Assembly (NCBI GenBank): GCA_016235455.1
Contig: JACRKZ010000126.1
Span: 1-53,190 of the forward strand
Reading direction: 5' to 3'
DNA: 53,190 nucleotides
Source: Armatimonadota bacterium
Lineage (GTDB): Bacteria; Armatimonadota; UBA10988
The notes under the pieces were generated by a model. The model saw nothing but the letters and a program-made list of their open reading frames with translations. It searched no databases and was not told where the DNA came from. The translations under genes and the position numbers were made by a program. Numbering within the stretch: position 1 is the stretch's first letter; every line of letters starts with the position of its first letter. This document shows, piece after piece, positions 9,627 to 18,518 of the stretch.

Positions 9627-10640
9627 CTACAGGATGAGCATGGCATCGCCGAAGCTGAGCAGCCGATAGCGCTCGGCGACGGCTGCGGCGTAAGCAGCGC
9701 GGATGAGTTCGGCGCCGGCCAGCGCGGTCACCAAAGCGAACAGCGTCGTGCGCGGCAGGTGGAAGTTGGTCAACATGGCATCCACCACGCGGAACTGGTA
9801 GCCGGGCGTGATGAACAGGTCGGTCTCACCCCGACCCGGGCCGAAGGTCTCGCGTCCTGCGGTCTCCAGCGTGCGCACGGCCGTCGTGCCCACGGCCACC
9901 ACGCGCCGGCCGGCGGCCTTGGCGACAGTCACCGCCTGCGCAGCCTCGGGGCTGACTTCCCAGGTCTCGCGGTGCATGGGATGGTCTTCGACCACGGCCT
10001 CCTGCACCGGCCGGAACGTATCGAGCCCGACGTGCAGCGTGACCTGCGCTCGGCCGATGCCGCGTTCGGCCAGCGCGGCGAACACCTCGGGCGTGAAATG
10101 CAGGCCGGCGGTCGGCGCGGCAGCGGATCCGGGCAGCCGCGAGTAGACTGTCTGGTAGCGCTCGGGGTCGTCGAGCCGGTGGTGGATGTACGGCGGCAGT
10201 GGCATCTGACCGATCTGGTCGATGTGGCTGGCCAACGCGCCTGGCGGCGAGAAGGCGACCCGCCACAGGCCATCGCCTTGGCGCTCAATCAGCTCGGCTT
10301 CGACCCCGTCGAGGGTGACGCGTGAACCGGTGCGCAGACGCCGGCCGGGCCGCACGAGCGCCTGCCACAGGTCGGGCGCGGTGGGCCTGAGCAGGAGGAT
10401 CTCGACCTGGCCCCCGGTCTCAGCCTTGTGGCCCAACAGTCGCGCGGGAAGTACCCGCGAATCGTTGAGCACAACCAAATCACCGGGATCGAGCAGTGCG
10501 GGCAGGTCGCGGAACTGGGCGTGAGCGATCGATCTGTCGGCTCGATTGACCACCAGCAAGCGCGACGCATCGCGCTGGGCCAGGGGTTCTTGGGCAATCA
10601 GCTCGGGCGGTAGATCGTAGTCCAGCTCCTCCAGACGCAT
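9627..10640 (-). CDS. queA: S-adenosylmethionine:tRNA ribosyltransferase-isomerase
   Basis: DYDLPPELIAQ, PLPPYI, YQTVY, AAPTAGLHF, VGTT, TNFHLP and SFGDAM motifs. Confidence 0.96.
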   Translation of the reverse strand: MRLEELDYDLPPELIAQEPLAQRDASRLLVVNRADRSIAHAQFRDLPALLDPGDLVVLNDSRVLPARLLGHKAETGGQVEILLLRPTAPDLWQALVRPGRRLRTGSRVTLDGVEAELIERQGDGLWRVAFSPPGALASHIDQIGQMPLPPYIHHRLDDPERYQTVYSRLPGSAAAPTAGLHFTPEVFAALAERGIGRAQVTLHVGLDTFRPVQEAVVEDHPMHRETWEVSPEAAQAVTVAKAAGRRVVAVGTTAVRTLETAGRETFGPGRGETDLFITPGYQFRVVDAMLTNFHLPRTTLFALVTALAGAELIRAAYAAAVAERYRLLSFGDAMLIL

Positions 10641-10663
10641 ACGCGACGAACCTGACCTTCCGT

Positions 10664-11896
10664 CTAGCGACCGCCGCGCTCGCGCATCTGGCGCATCTTG
10701 AGCTGGCGCTCGGCCTCGGCTTGCACGGCCGGGTCGACGGCGGTACCAGCGCGCGGCGCGGTCTCCGTGTCGGTTCGCGGGGCCACCTCGGCGCCGGTGG
10801 TACCAGGCGACGTCGGGGAGCCGGAACGGTTGACCTCAACGCGGATGTTGCCGCCGCCGCCCAGGTTCTCCTGGCCGGGCGTGCGCGCGGTCTGCGGCGG
10901 GTCGGGCCGGGTCCTGACGTCTGGGTTGGTGCGGTCGGACTTGGCGCCAAACGGACCAACGGGCGGCCGGGGCGGATACATCGAGGCGTGGTTCATCTGG
11001 CCCGACAGCGTTGCCGCGCGACCTGTGGCACCGAGTTGCGGCCACTGGTTGGCCGCGCTCGGCGGCTGGCCAGCGTAGCCGCCCACGGGTGCCGGTGGCA
11101 CCGTGCCCACGGCCGGCGACGGGATGCCGCCGCCAAAGGCGACCTGGTAGGCCGGGTTGGGCTGTGGCTGCGGCGCGCCCTGCGGCGCGCCGGTGACCGG
11201 GGCGGCCGGCGGAGTGACCGCCGGGGGTAGGGCAGGCGCCACGGTGGGCGGCGGTGCCGCGCCGTAGTCGGCACCACCGCGGGGCGCCGTGGCCACGCGG
11301 CCGCCGGTCAGGTGAGCCTTGGCCCGGTCGTAGATCTGCTTGGCCAGGGCGTTGTCCGGTTGGACGGCCAGTACGCGCTGGGCGGACTCCATGGCGTCTT
11401 CGTAGCGTCCCCGCTCGAAGGCCTGCTGGGCGAGTTCCAGGTCCTTGAGCACCGATGCGGTGGCGGTGCGCGCTCCGTTGTGCATCTTGCCCCAGACCAC
11501 GAAGCCGAACAGCACGGTCATCGCCACCACCAACGCACCGATGCCGGCGTGGGTGTAGATGCGGCGGCGTGCCTCATCCTCGTCTTCCTCATCGAGGAAG
11601 ACCGGCTCCGTGTCGGGCCGCTCCTCACCGCGCAGTCGGCGCAGGGTCTGGCGCTCGGCCTCGCTCTCGGGGTTCACCTCAACGACGTGCTCGAACTCGC
11701 CGGCGGCCTCGACGGCGCGACCTTCGCGCTCGTAGAGCAGGCCCATGAGCGAGTGAGCGGTGGTGTTGTCCGGGTCGATGGCCAGTGCCTGGCGGCACAG
11801 ACGGCGCGCACGCTCGTCCTGGCCCGCCTCGAAGGCACGAAAGGCCTCGTCCAAGTGGCGCTTGAGCTCAACTCCGCGATCAGCTGAGGCTGCCAT
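10664..11896 (-). CDS. Bitopic membrane TPR protein with Pro-rich C-terminus
   Basis: N-terminal TPRs (ALAIDPDNTTAHSLMG), one TM helix, a second TPR, then a Pro/Ala/Gly low-complexity region. Confidence 0.7.
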   Translation of the reverse strand: MAASADRGVELKRHLDEAFRAFEAGQDERARRLCRQALAIDPDNTTAHSLMGLLYEREGRAVEAAGEFEHVVEVNPESEAERQTLRRLRGEERPDTEPVFLDEEDEDEARRRIYTHAGIGALVVAMTVLFGFVVWGKMHNGARTATASVLKDLELAQQAFERGRYEDAMESAQRVLAVQPDNALAKQIYDRAKAHLTGGRVATAPRGGADYGAAPPPTVAPALPPAVTPPAAPVTGAPQGAPQPQPNPAYQVAFGGGIPSPAVGTVPPAPVGGYAGQPPSAANQWPQLGATGRAATLSGQMNHASMYPPRPPVGPFGAKSDRTNPDVRTRPDPPQTARTPGQENLGGGGNIRVEVNRSGSPTSPGTTGAEVAPRTDTETAPRAGTAVDPAVQAEAERQLKMRQMRERGGR

Positions 11897-11977
11897 AATC
11901 GGTTTCCATGCGGCCCGCGAGGGGCGGTCACACCCCTAGGATACCCGTCTTGGACACCATTCTAACCCAGATCGGTG

Positions 11978-13090
11978 CTATGTGCCCGGCTTGTAGAACG
12001 GCAGGGCGCTCACCATGCAGGGCAAGGCGCGTCCGCGCACGTCCACAGCCAGCGCCGTGCCGACCTCGGTCAGGTCTGCGCGGACGTACGCCAGCGCGAT
12101 GGATCGCTCCAGCAGCGGCGAGTAGGTGCCACTGGTGACCAGGCCCACCGGTTGGCCGTCGTGTACGACGGCACAGCCGTCGCGCACCACGCCGCGCTCG
12201 GTGACGCTGAGCCCTACGAGCCGCTCGGCGCAGCCGGCGTCCGACACCGCGGCGAGCGCGTCGCGACCCACGAAGGCCGGCTTGTCGAACTTCACGAAGC
12301 GGCCCAGGTTGGCTTCAATGGGATTGCGTGCGGGCGAAATGTCGTGGCCGTGCAAGCAGAAGCCGGCCTCCAGGCGCAGTGTGTCACGCGCCCCGAGGCC
12401 CACGGGCACCAGGCCCTGTGCCGCGCCGCCGGCCAGCAGGCCGTCCCATACGGTCACCGCCGAGTCGGCGGGCACGAACACCTCGAAGCCGAGATCACCG
12501 GTGTAGCCGGTGCGGCTGATGACCACCGGTACGCCAAGCAGCGGACACCGGTGTATCGCGTAATAGCGTAGCGCCCGCACGGCCGTCGCGTCGCCGTCGC
12601 TGAGCAACCCAGCCAGGATGTCGGCCGAGCGCGGGCCTTGCACGGCGAGCAACGCCCATTCGTCGCTGACGTTGGTCAGCGTCACATCGTCGCCGGCCAG
12701 GCTGCTGAGCCACGCGAAGTCGCCGTCGATGTTCCCCGCGTTCACGACGATCAGGTAGCGATCCTCGCCTTCGCGTGAGACGATGAGGTCGTCGATGATG
12801 CCACCGTCTTCGGCGCACATCAGGCTGTAGCGTGCACGACCGACGGCCAGCGATGCGTAATCGTTGGTCAGTGCGTGTTGCAGGAGGCCCAATGCCCCGG
12901 GGCCTTCGACGATGAACTCGCCCATGTGACTGACATCGAACAGGCCGGCCGCGGCGCGCGCGCCACGGTGCTCGGCGACGATGCCGGCATACTGCACGGG
13001 CATCGACCATCCGCCAAAGCCGACCATGCGGGCGCCCAGCGCCACATGCCGGTCGTGCAGCGGGGTCTGCTTGAGTTCGCTCTCCATCAA
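11978..13090 (-). CDS. gcvT: Glycine cleavage system aminomethyltransferase T
   Basis: FGGWSMPVQY, LFDVSHMGE, GGIIDD, SRTGYTG, GLGARDTLRLEAG and VTSG motifs. Confidence 0.96.
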   Translation of the reverse strand: MMESELKQTPLHDRHVALGARMVGFGGWSMPVQYAGIVAEHRGARAAAGLFDVSHMGEFIVEGPGALGLLQHALTNDYASLAVGRARYSLMCAEDGGIIDDLIVSREGEDRYLIVVNAGNIDGDFAWLSSLAGDDVTLTNVSDEWALLAVQGPRSADILAGLLSDGDATAVRALRYYAIHRCPLLGVPVVISRTGYTGDLGFEVFVPADSAVTVWDGLLAGGAAQGLVPVGLGARDTLRLEAGFCLHGHDISPARNPIEANLGRFVKFDKPAFVGRDALAAVSDAGCAERLVGLSVTERGVVRDGCAVVHDGQPVGLVTSGTYSPLLERSIALAYVRADLTEVGTALAVDVRGRALPCMVSALPFYKPGT

Positions 13091-13097
13091 CGCGGGA

Positions 13098-15278
13098 CTA
13101 CCTTTCCGCCCCCAATCGCGACAGCCGCTCCGCCAACGGCGTAATCAGCCGGCGCCTGACCAGCGCGGCCAGCCAGCGGCGCTGGGCGATGAACCGAGCC
13201 AGCGGCGGCGAGCAGCGATCATAACACCGGATCAGCCAGCGGCCACCAGCCGAGCGGCAGAGCACGGTGTCGCGCCAGGCGCGCAGCGTGACCACTTCGG
13301 GGGCGAAAGCATCGCCACAGGCCGCGGTGGCCACGAAGCACGGCCGGGCGGGAGCCCGCGGCGTCGGCGGCACGGGCGGCGCCATGCTGTGACTGCAGCG
13401 CTCGCAGCGCTCGGCGCCCTTGGGGTTGGGGTAACGGCAGATATGGCAGCGCACGTGCCGGTCGGGATCGAAGTCGGGCGCGTCGTCGGCGCGCTTGAGC
13501 ACGCGGTCGCGCACCGGGCGGTCGTCATCGTCGGGACGCGTCGCCTCGGGCGGCGCGGTGTCCGGGTCGTACTCCTCCTCTTCGGGCTTGCTCGGCCGCG
13601 GCGGTGCTTTCACCGGCCGGGCCTCGGCCTCTCGAGCCAACTCGAGCGACCGCTCGGCCGTGTCGGCCATGGCGGCATCAGGGTTCATGCCCAGGGCCGC
13701 CTCCAGGCAGGCGATGGCCATCGGGTACTGCGCGGTGGCGACGAAGCAGCGGCCCAGTGCCACCACGATGGCGGGATCCTCTGGGAGCGACTCGTGCGCG
13801 CGCGTCAGCGGTGCCACGGCATCGTCGTAGTCGCCGCGCTCGCACAGCGCGATGCCCAGACCGCGTTGCACCCGTCCGTCGCCAGGCAGCACCGCCTCGG
13901 CGAACTGGTAGGCCTGTAGGGCGCGCAGCCAGTCGTGCTTGCCCTCGGCCAGCAAGCCGCGCACCAGATGAGCCTGGCCACAGCCGGTGTCCAGCGCCAG
14001 CGCCTCCTCCGTGCGCTGCATCGCGGCGTCTCCGGCGCCCAGCGCCAGTTCGACGCGGCCCAGCCCGGCCAGCGCGCGAGCTTGGATGCGGCGCTCGCCG
14101 ACCCGGTCCAGCACCGTAGTGAAGGCCACGCGAGCTTCGTCAGCGTTGCCGCGCTCGGCTTCCGCCCAAGCCTCATCCAGCAACGCCAGCCACTCGCTTT
14201 CGGCCAACACCACCCGCGGCGCGTCCGCCGGCGCCATGGCCGCCTCGTCGGCCGCCTCCGGCGCCGCTGCTGGCTCGGGTGCGGAGTCCAGCGCGAGTTC
14301 GGCTGGGGCTGGGTCGCCTGACGTCTCCTCGACATCACCGGCCGGCTCGTCGGCCGCGACTTCGCTGTCGGCGTCGTCGGCCGAGCCGGCCACGAGGTCA
14401 TCCCGCACGGCGGCCAGTTCGGTCTCGAGGTCGGCGCGGTACGGCTGGTCAATCTGTGGGTCGCGGGCCAGGGCCTCGCCAGCGGCCTCCAGCGCCAACG
14501 CCAGGTGTGCCGCGCGCTCTGGGCCAGCGGCGGGCGCACCGGCCAGAATGGCCAGGGCCAGCCCGTTGTACGCCGTGGCCGCCGCGTGGGCGAGCGGAGG
14601 CTGGTGGTCGTCGCCCTGCGCGGCAATCTCGCTGGCCAGCGTCTGGAAGGCCTCGAGCGCCTCGGCCGGGTCCGTAGTCAGCAGCGCCTCGGCTGCCGCC
14701 AGACGGCCACTAAGGTCGGGCGTGGCGTCGGGCGCGGCGACGGCCCGATCGCGGGCGGCGACCAGTTGCTCGGCCAGCGGTGCCAGTTGCTCCGCGGGGA
14801 TCACCGGTTCCAGGTAGGGCATGGACTCCAGCACGTCGCCCGCGCGCCAGGGCTCGAACTCGGCCACGGTGGCCAGCGTATCGAGGATGAGCTGCACGTA
14901 GGTGGCATGGTCCTCGGAGTCGGGTGCCAGCTGCAAGTAGCGGGCAGCGCCGACCAGGCGGTCCGCCACATGGTCCGGCGAAGTGGCCGAGTCGCACACC
15001 AAGCGGTACAACTCAGGATGGCTGGGATCGACATCGAACGCCTGCGCCACGGCCATGTCCACCATGTCGCCGCGCTGCAACTCCAGCGCCGCTCGGCCCA
15101 TGCCAAGCCACAGGCCGACATCGCCTGGCTGCCGGCTGGCGGCCTCGCGGAAGGCCTCGAGCGCGGGCTCGAAGCGGCCCTCGCTGTGGTAGGCCGCGGC
15201 CAGGTTGGCCCATGCGGTCGAGTCGTCTGGGTTTGCGGCAACTGCTGATTCGAGCGTGGTGAGATCCATACCGGCCAT
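13098..15278 (-). CDS. TPR protein with zinc ribbon and C-terminal CFI-box-CTERM-like domain
   Basis: Multiple TPRs, CHIC-x10-CERC, and terminal CFVATAACG...PEVVTLRAWRD...GRWLIRCY...SPPLA. Confidence 0.75.
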   Translation of the reverse strand: MAGMDLTTLESAVAANPDDSTAWANLAAAYHSEGRFEPALEAFREAASRQPGDVGLWLGMGRAALELQRGDMVDMAVAQAFDVDPSHPELYRLVCDSATSPDHVADRLVGAARYLQLAPDSEDHATYVQLILDTLATVAEFEPWRAGDVLESMPYLEPVIPAEQLAPLAEQLVAARDRAVAAPDATPDLSGRLAAAEALLTTDPAEALEAFQTLASEIAAQGDDHQPPLAHAAATAYNGLALAILAGAPAAGPERAAHLALALEAAGEALARDPQIDQPYRADLETELAAVRDDLVAGSADDADSEVAADEPAGDVEETSGDPAPAELALDSAPEPAAAPEAADEAAMAPADAPRVVLAESEWLALLDEAWAEAERGNADEARVAFTTVLDRVGERRIQARALAGLGRVELALGAGDAAMQRTEEALALDTGCGQAHLVRGLLAEGKHDWLRALQAYQFAEAVLPGDGRVQRGLGIALCERGDYDDAVAPLTRAHESLPEDPAIVVALGRCFVATAQYPMAIACLEAALGMNPDAAMADTAERSLELAREAEARPVKAPPRPSKPEEEEYDPDTAPPEATRPDDDDRPVRDRVLKRADDAPDFDPDRHVRCHICRYPNPKGAERCERCSHSMAPPVPPTPRAPARPCFVATAACGDAFAPEVVTLRAWRDTVLCRSAGGRWLIRCYDRCSPPLARFIAQRRWLAALVRRRLITPLAERLSRLGAER

Positions 15279-15353
15279 CGGGTCACCTCGGGCGCTTGCG
15301 TGCTATATCCAGGCTACTTTCGCCGCGGCCGGCGGGGCACCTGCTCTCGACGA

Positions 15354-15382
15354 TTGACGAGTCGGTGAGCCGTCGCTAGACT
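15354..15382 (+). promoter_or_regulatory. sigma70-type promoter of sbcC
   Basis: TTGACG, 17-bp spacer, TAGACT, about 20 nt upstream of GTG 15402. Confidence 0.6.
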
Positions 15383-15401
15383 TCCGGTCGAAGGTGGCCT
15401 C

Positions 15402-18400
15402 GTGATCCCCGTTCGACTGTGGCTTCGCAACTTCCTGTCTTACGGCGACGAGGTGCCGCCCCTGGATCTGGACGGGCTGCACATGGCCTGCCTGTCCGGC
15501 GCCAACGGCCACGGCAAATCGGCGCTGCTCGACGCTATCACCTGGGCACTATGGGGCGAATCACGCCGCGACGCACGGGCTGGCGGGTTGATGCGGCTGG
15601 GCGCGGGCGAGATGTTCGTGGAGCTGGTCTTCGACCAGGATGGCCAGCGCTACCGTGTACGCCGGTCGCAACGCCGCACGCGCGACAGTGCCAGCACCAC
15701 GCTCGACTTCTTCGCGCTGGACGGTGAGAGCGACCAATGGCGGCCGCTAAGCATGGCCACGGCGCGCGAGACCCAGGCGCGCATCGATGCCCGGCTGCGC
15801 ATGGGCTACGGCACCTTCATCAACAGCGCCTTCCTCCTGCAAGGACGTGCCGACGAGTTCACCCGGCGCTCGCCCGCGGAGCGCAAGCAGGTGCTCGGCG
15901 ACATCCTTGACCTCGGTCGCTATGAGCGACTGGCCGCGCTGGCCAAGGACGAGCGCCGCGACCTGGACCGGCGGCTCGACCGCGACCGCGCGCTGGTCGA
16001 GACACTCACGGCGGGACTCGCCGACGCCGAGCGGGTGCGCGCCGACCTGGCGGAGACCGTGGCGGCCTGCGAGAGCGCCGCCGCGGCCATCGCCGCCGAG
16101 GATGCCGCGTTGGAGTCGCTACGGAACGTCATTGAGGCTGACCGGCGGCGGCGCGAGGAACTCCGCCACGCGGGCCTGGAGGCGACCCACGCCGAGCACC
16201 AGCTGGCCGACCTGCGAGAGCGTCGGCTCGACGCCGAGCGCGAGGTGCAACGGCTGACCGAGCGGCTTGGCGAGGAGCCCTTGCTGCAGGCGCAGGCCGC
16301 TCGCTTGGAGGGGCTGCGCGCCTCGCTGGCCGGGCTGGAGGCGCTGCGTGAGAAGCGCCGCGGCTGGCAGGAGGCGCTCAACGCCCATGAGGCCGAGTTG
16401 CGCGTGCGCGGCGCCGCCTTGGAGGCCGAAGCCAGCAAGCTGACGCAGCGCGTGGCCGAGGCCGAGGCCCGCATCGATGCCGTGCAAGGCGAGTTGGCCC
16501 AGCGGGAACGGCTGCGCCGGCGGGTGGAGGTCTTCCGGACGGCGTCGAGCCGGCTGGCCGAGCTTGACGAGCTGGCGGCTCGCCGGCAGACGCTGCTCGA
16601 CTCGCGGGCCGAAGCAGACAAGGCCATCGCCGAAGCTCGCGCGGCCCTGGTCACCGAGCACCGTGGCCTGAGCGCGCGCCAGGACGAGGTGCGGCGCGAT
16701 GCGGACCGGCTCGGGCCTGCCACGGATACGCTCAGCCACGCCCGGACGGCCTTGGCGGCCGCGCAGGCCGCGCTGGCCGAGACCTCCGTTCTGCGCGACG
16801 AGATGCAAGTCACGCAGTCGGCTGTCGAGCAGATCAACTTCGAACTGACGCAGCTGAGGGTCGACCTCGAAGAGGTCGAAGACCACCGGCGGATCCTCGA
16901 CAGCGGCGGCGGCCTGTGTCCGCTCTGCGGCCAGGATCTGGCACCCGAGCGCCGGCTGGAGCTGTTGGCCGAGGCGGAGAGCCGGACGCAGACCGTGCTG
17001 GACCGTGGACGCACGCAGCGACGCGAGCGCGAGCGCCTCGAAGCGGCGCTGGCACTGACCACCCAGCGGCTGGCCGCCCGCCAGGCCGAAGCCGACGAAC
17101 TGCCGCGCTGCCAGGCCGCATTGACCACCGCAGAACTCGCCGTGGCCGGCGCGCGCGACGCTGCCGCGGCCCTGGCCCAGCTCCAGGAGGCCTGCGCCGA
17201 GCTGAAGCAGCGCGTGCAAGCACGGGCCTTCGCTGTCGAGCACCATGCGGCACTGGCTGCCGCCGACGCCGCGCTGGGGGCTCTGGACTACGACTCTGCC
17301 CAGCACGAGTTGGTGCGGCAGCAGGTGAACGAGGGCCGAGACCTGGAGCGCCAGCTGGGTCAGTTAGAGCAGAGCGAGCAGCGCCTGGCCGAACTGGTTG
17401 CCGATCACGCGCAGCTCGCCGCGGAGCTGGCGCACCTGCGCGACACGCTGGCCCAGGGCGCCTTCGGACAGGACCATCGCGAGGCTGTGGCGGCGCTACG
17501 CGGCCATCTGGACGCGGAGCCCTGGCCGGCCGAGCAGTGGGCCACCGACAGCGCGGAGTGTGATCGCCTGGCCGACGTGCCGACGCGGCTGGCGACGCTG
17601 GCTGGCGCGGCCGAGCAACGGCGTGACGCCGAGCAGCGCATGGGCCGGCTCGACGAGATGCTGGCCGAGGCGCAGGCGCGCCTGGCCAGCGCTCAGGAGC
17701 GCGTTGCGCAACTGGGCGGCGAGTTGGTGGATGTGGACCAATTGACCGACGAACGGCGGCGGCGCGTGGCGGGCTTGGAGGGGCTGCGGGCCGAGATGGG
17801 CCGGCTGCAGGCGCGGCGCGGCGAACTGCAGGCGCTGGCCGATGGCCACCTGCGGCAGCAGGCGGAAATCGCTGAGACGCGCGTGCGCATGGCCGGCGGC
17901 GAGCACCGCCACGCCGTCGTCAGCGCGCTCGAAGCCGCCTTCAGTCGCGACGGCATCCCAGCGCTGGTTATCGAGAACGCCGTGCCCGAGATCGAGGCCA
18001 GCGCCAACGAGATCCTGGCGCGGCTCACCGACTACCGTATGTCGCTGGCCGTGCGGCTGCAGCGCGCCACCGTGGCCGGCACGCTGCGCGAGACGCTGGA
18101 CGTCGAGATTCGCGACGAACTGGGCAGTCGCAGCTATGAGAACTACAGCGGCGGCGAGGCGTTCCGCGTCGACTTCGCCCTGCGCCTGGCGCTCAGCCGC
18201 CTGCTGGCTCGGCGCGCGGGCGCGCGGCTGCGCACGCTATTCATCGACGAAGGCTTCGGCACCCAGGACGAGGAGGGCCTCGAGCAGCTGGTCGAGGCGA
18301 TCCACGCCATGGGCGACGAGTTCGACCTGGTGCTCGTGGTAACGCACCTGTCGGCGCTCAAGGATCGCTTCGGCACACGCATCGAGGTCGTCAAGGAGCC

Positions 18401-18443
18401 GGACACCGGCTCCGCCTTCCGCGTCGAACGGCTCGCCGGCTGA
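15402..18443 (+). CDS. sbcC: SMC-family ATPase SbcC/Rad50
   Basis: Walker A GANGHGKS, Q-loop LLQG, long coiled coil with zinc hook CPLCG, signature YSGGE, Walker B LFIDEG, and VTH. Confidence 0.92.
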   Translation: MIPVRLWLRNFLSYGDEVPPLDLDGLHMACLSGANGHGKSALLDAITWALWGESRRDARAGGLMRLGAGEMFVELVFDQDGQRYRVRRSQRRTRDSASTTLDFFALDGESDQWRPLSMATARETQARIDARLRMGYGTFINSAFLLQGRADEFTRRSPAERKQVLGDILDLGRYERLAALAKDERRDLDRRLDRDRALVETLTAGLADAERVRADLAETVAACESAAAAIAAEDAALESLRNVIEADRRRREELRHAGLEATHAEHQLADLRERRLDAEREVQRLTERLGEEPLLQAQAARLEGLRASLAGLEALREKRRGWQEALNAHEAELRVRGAALEAEASKLTQRVAEAEARIDAVQGELAQRERLRRRVEVFRTASSRLAELDELAARRQTLLDSRAEADKAIAEARAALVTEHRGLSARQDEVRRDADRLGPATDTLSHARTALAAAQAALAETSVLRDEMQVTQSAVEQINFELTQLRVDLEEVEDHRRILDSGGGLCPLCGQDLAPERRLELLAEAESRTQTVLDRGRTQRRERERLEAALALTTQRLAARQAEADELPRCQAALTTAELAVAGARDAAAALAQLQEACAELKQRVQARAFAVEHHAALAAADAALGALDYDSAQHELVRQQVNEGRDLERQLGQLEQSEQRLAELVADHAQLAAELAHLRDTLAQGAFGQDHREAVAALRGHLDAEPWPAEQWATDSAECDRLADVPTRLATLAGAAEQRRDAEQRMGRLDEMLAEAQARLASAQERVAQLGGELVDVDQLTDERRRRVAGLEGLRAEMGRLQARRGELQALADGHLRQQAEIAETRVRMAGGEHRHAVVSALEAAFSRDGIPALVIENAVPEIEASANEILARLTDYRMSLAVRLQRATVAGTLRETLDVEIRDELGSRSYENYSGGEAFRVDFALRLALSRLLARRAGARLRTLFIDEGFGTQDEEGLEQLVEAIHAMGDEFDLVLVVTHLSALKDRFGTRIEVVKEPDTGSAFRVERLAG

Positions 18444-18518
18444 GCGGATCCGCGCCGACGCCGTCGCGGCTCGGCCACACAATGGCTGCACGCGGACCGC
18501 CGCGCATGGAGCCCTTGC

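Noticed and set aside
11978-13098. Glycine riboswitch upstream of gcvT
   Set aside because: There is only a 7-bp gap to the upstream gene, leaving no room for the aptamer.
15402-18443. SMC ATPase as part of a defence system (Wadjet/Lamassu)
   Set aside because: It has typical SbcC features with a zinc hook and no jet or effector genes adjacent.
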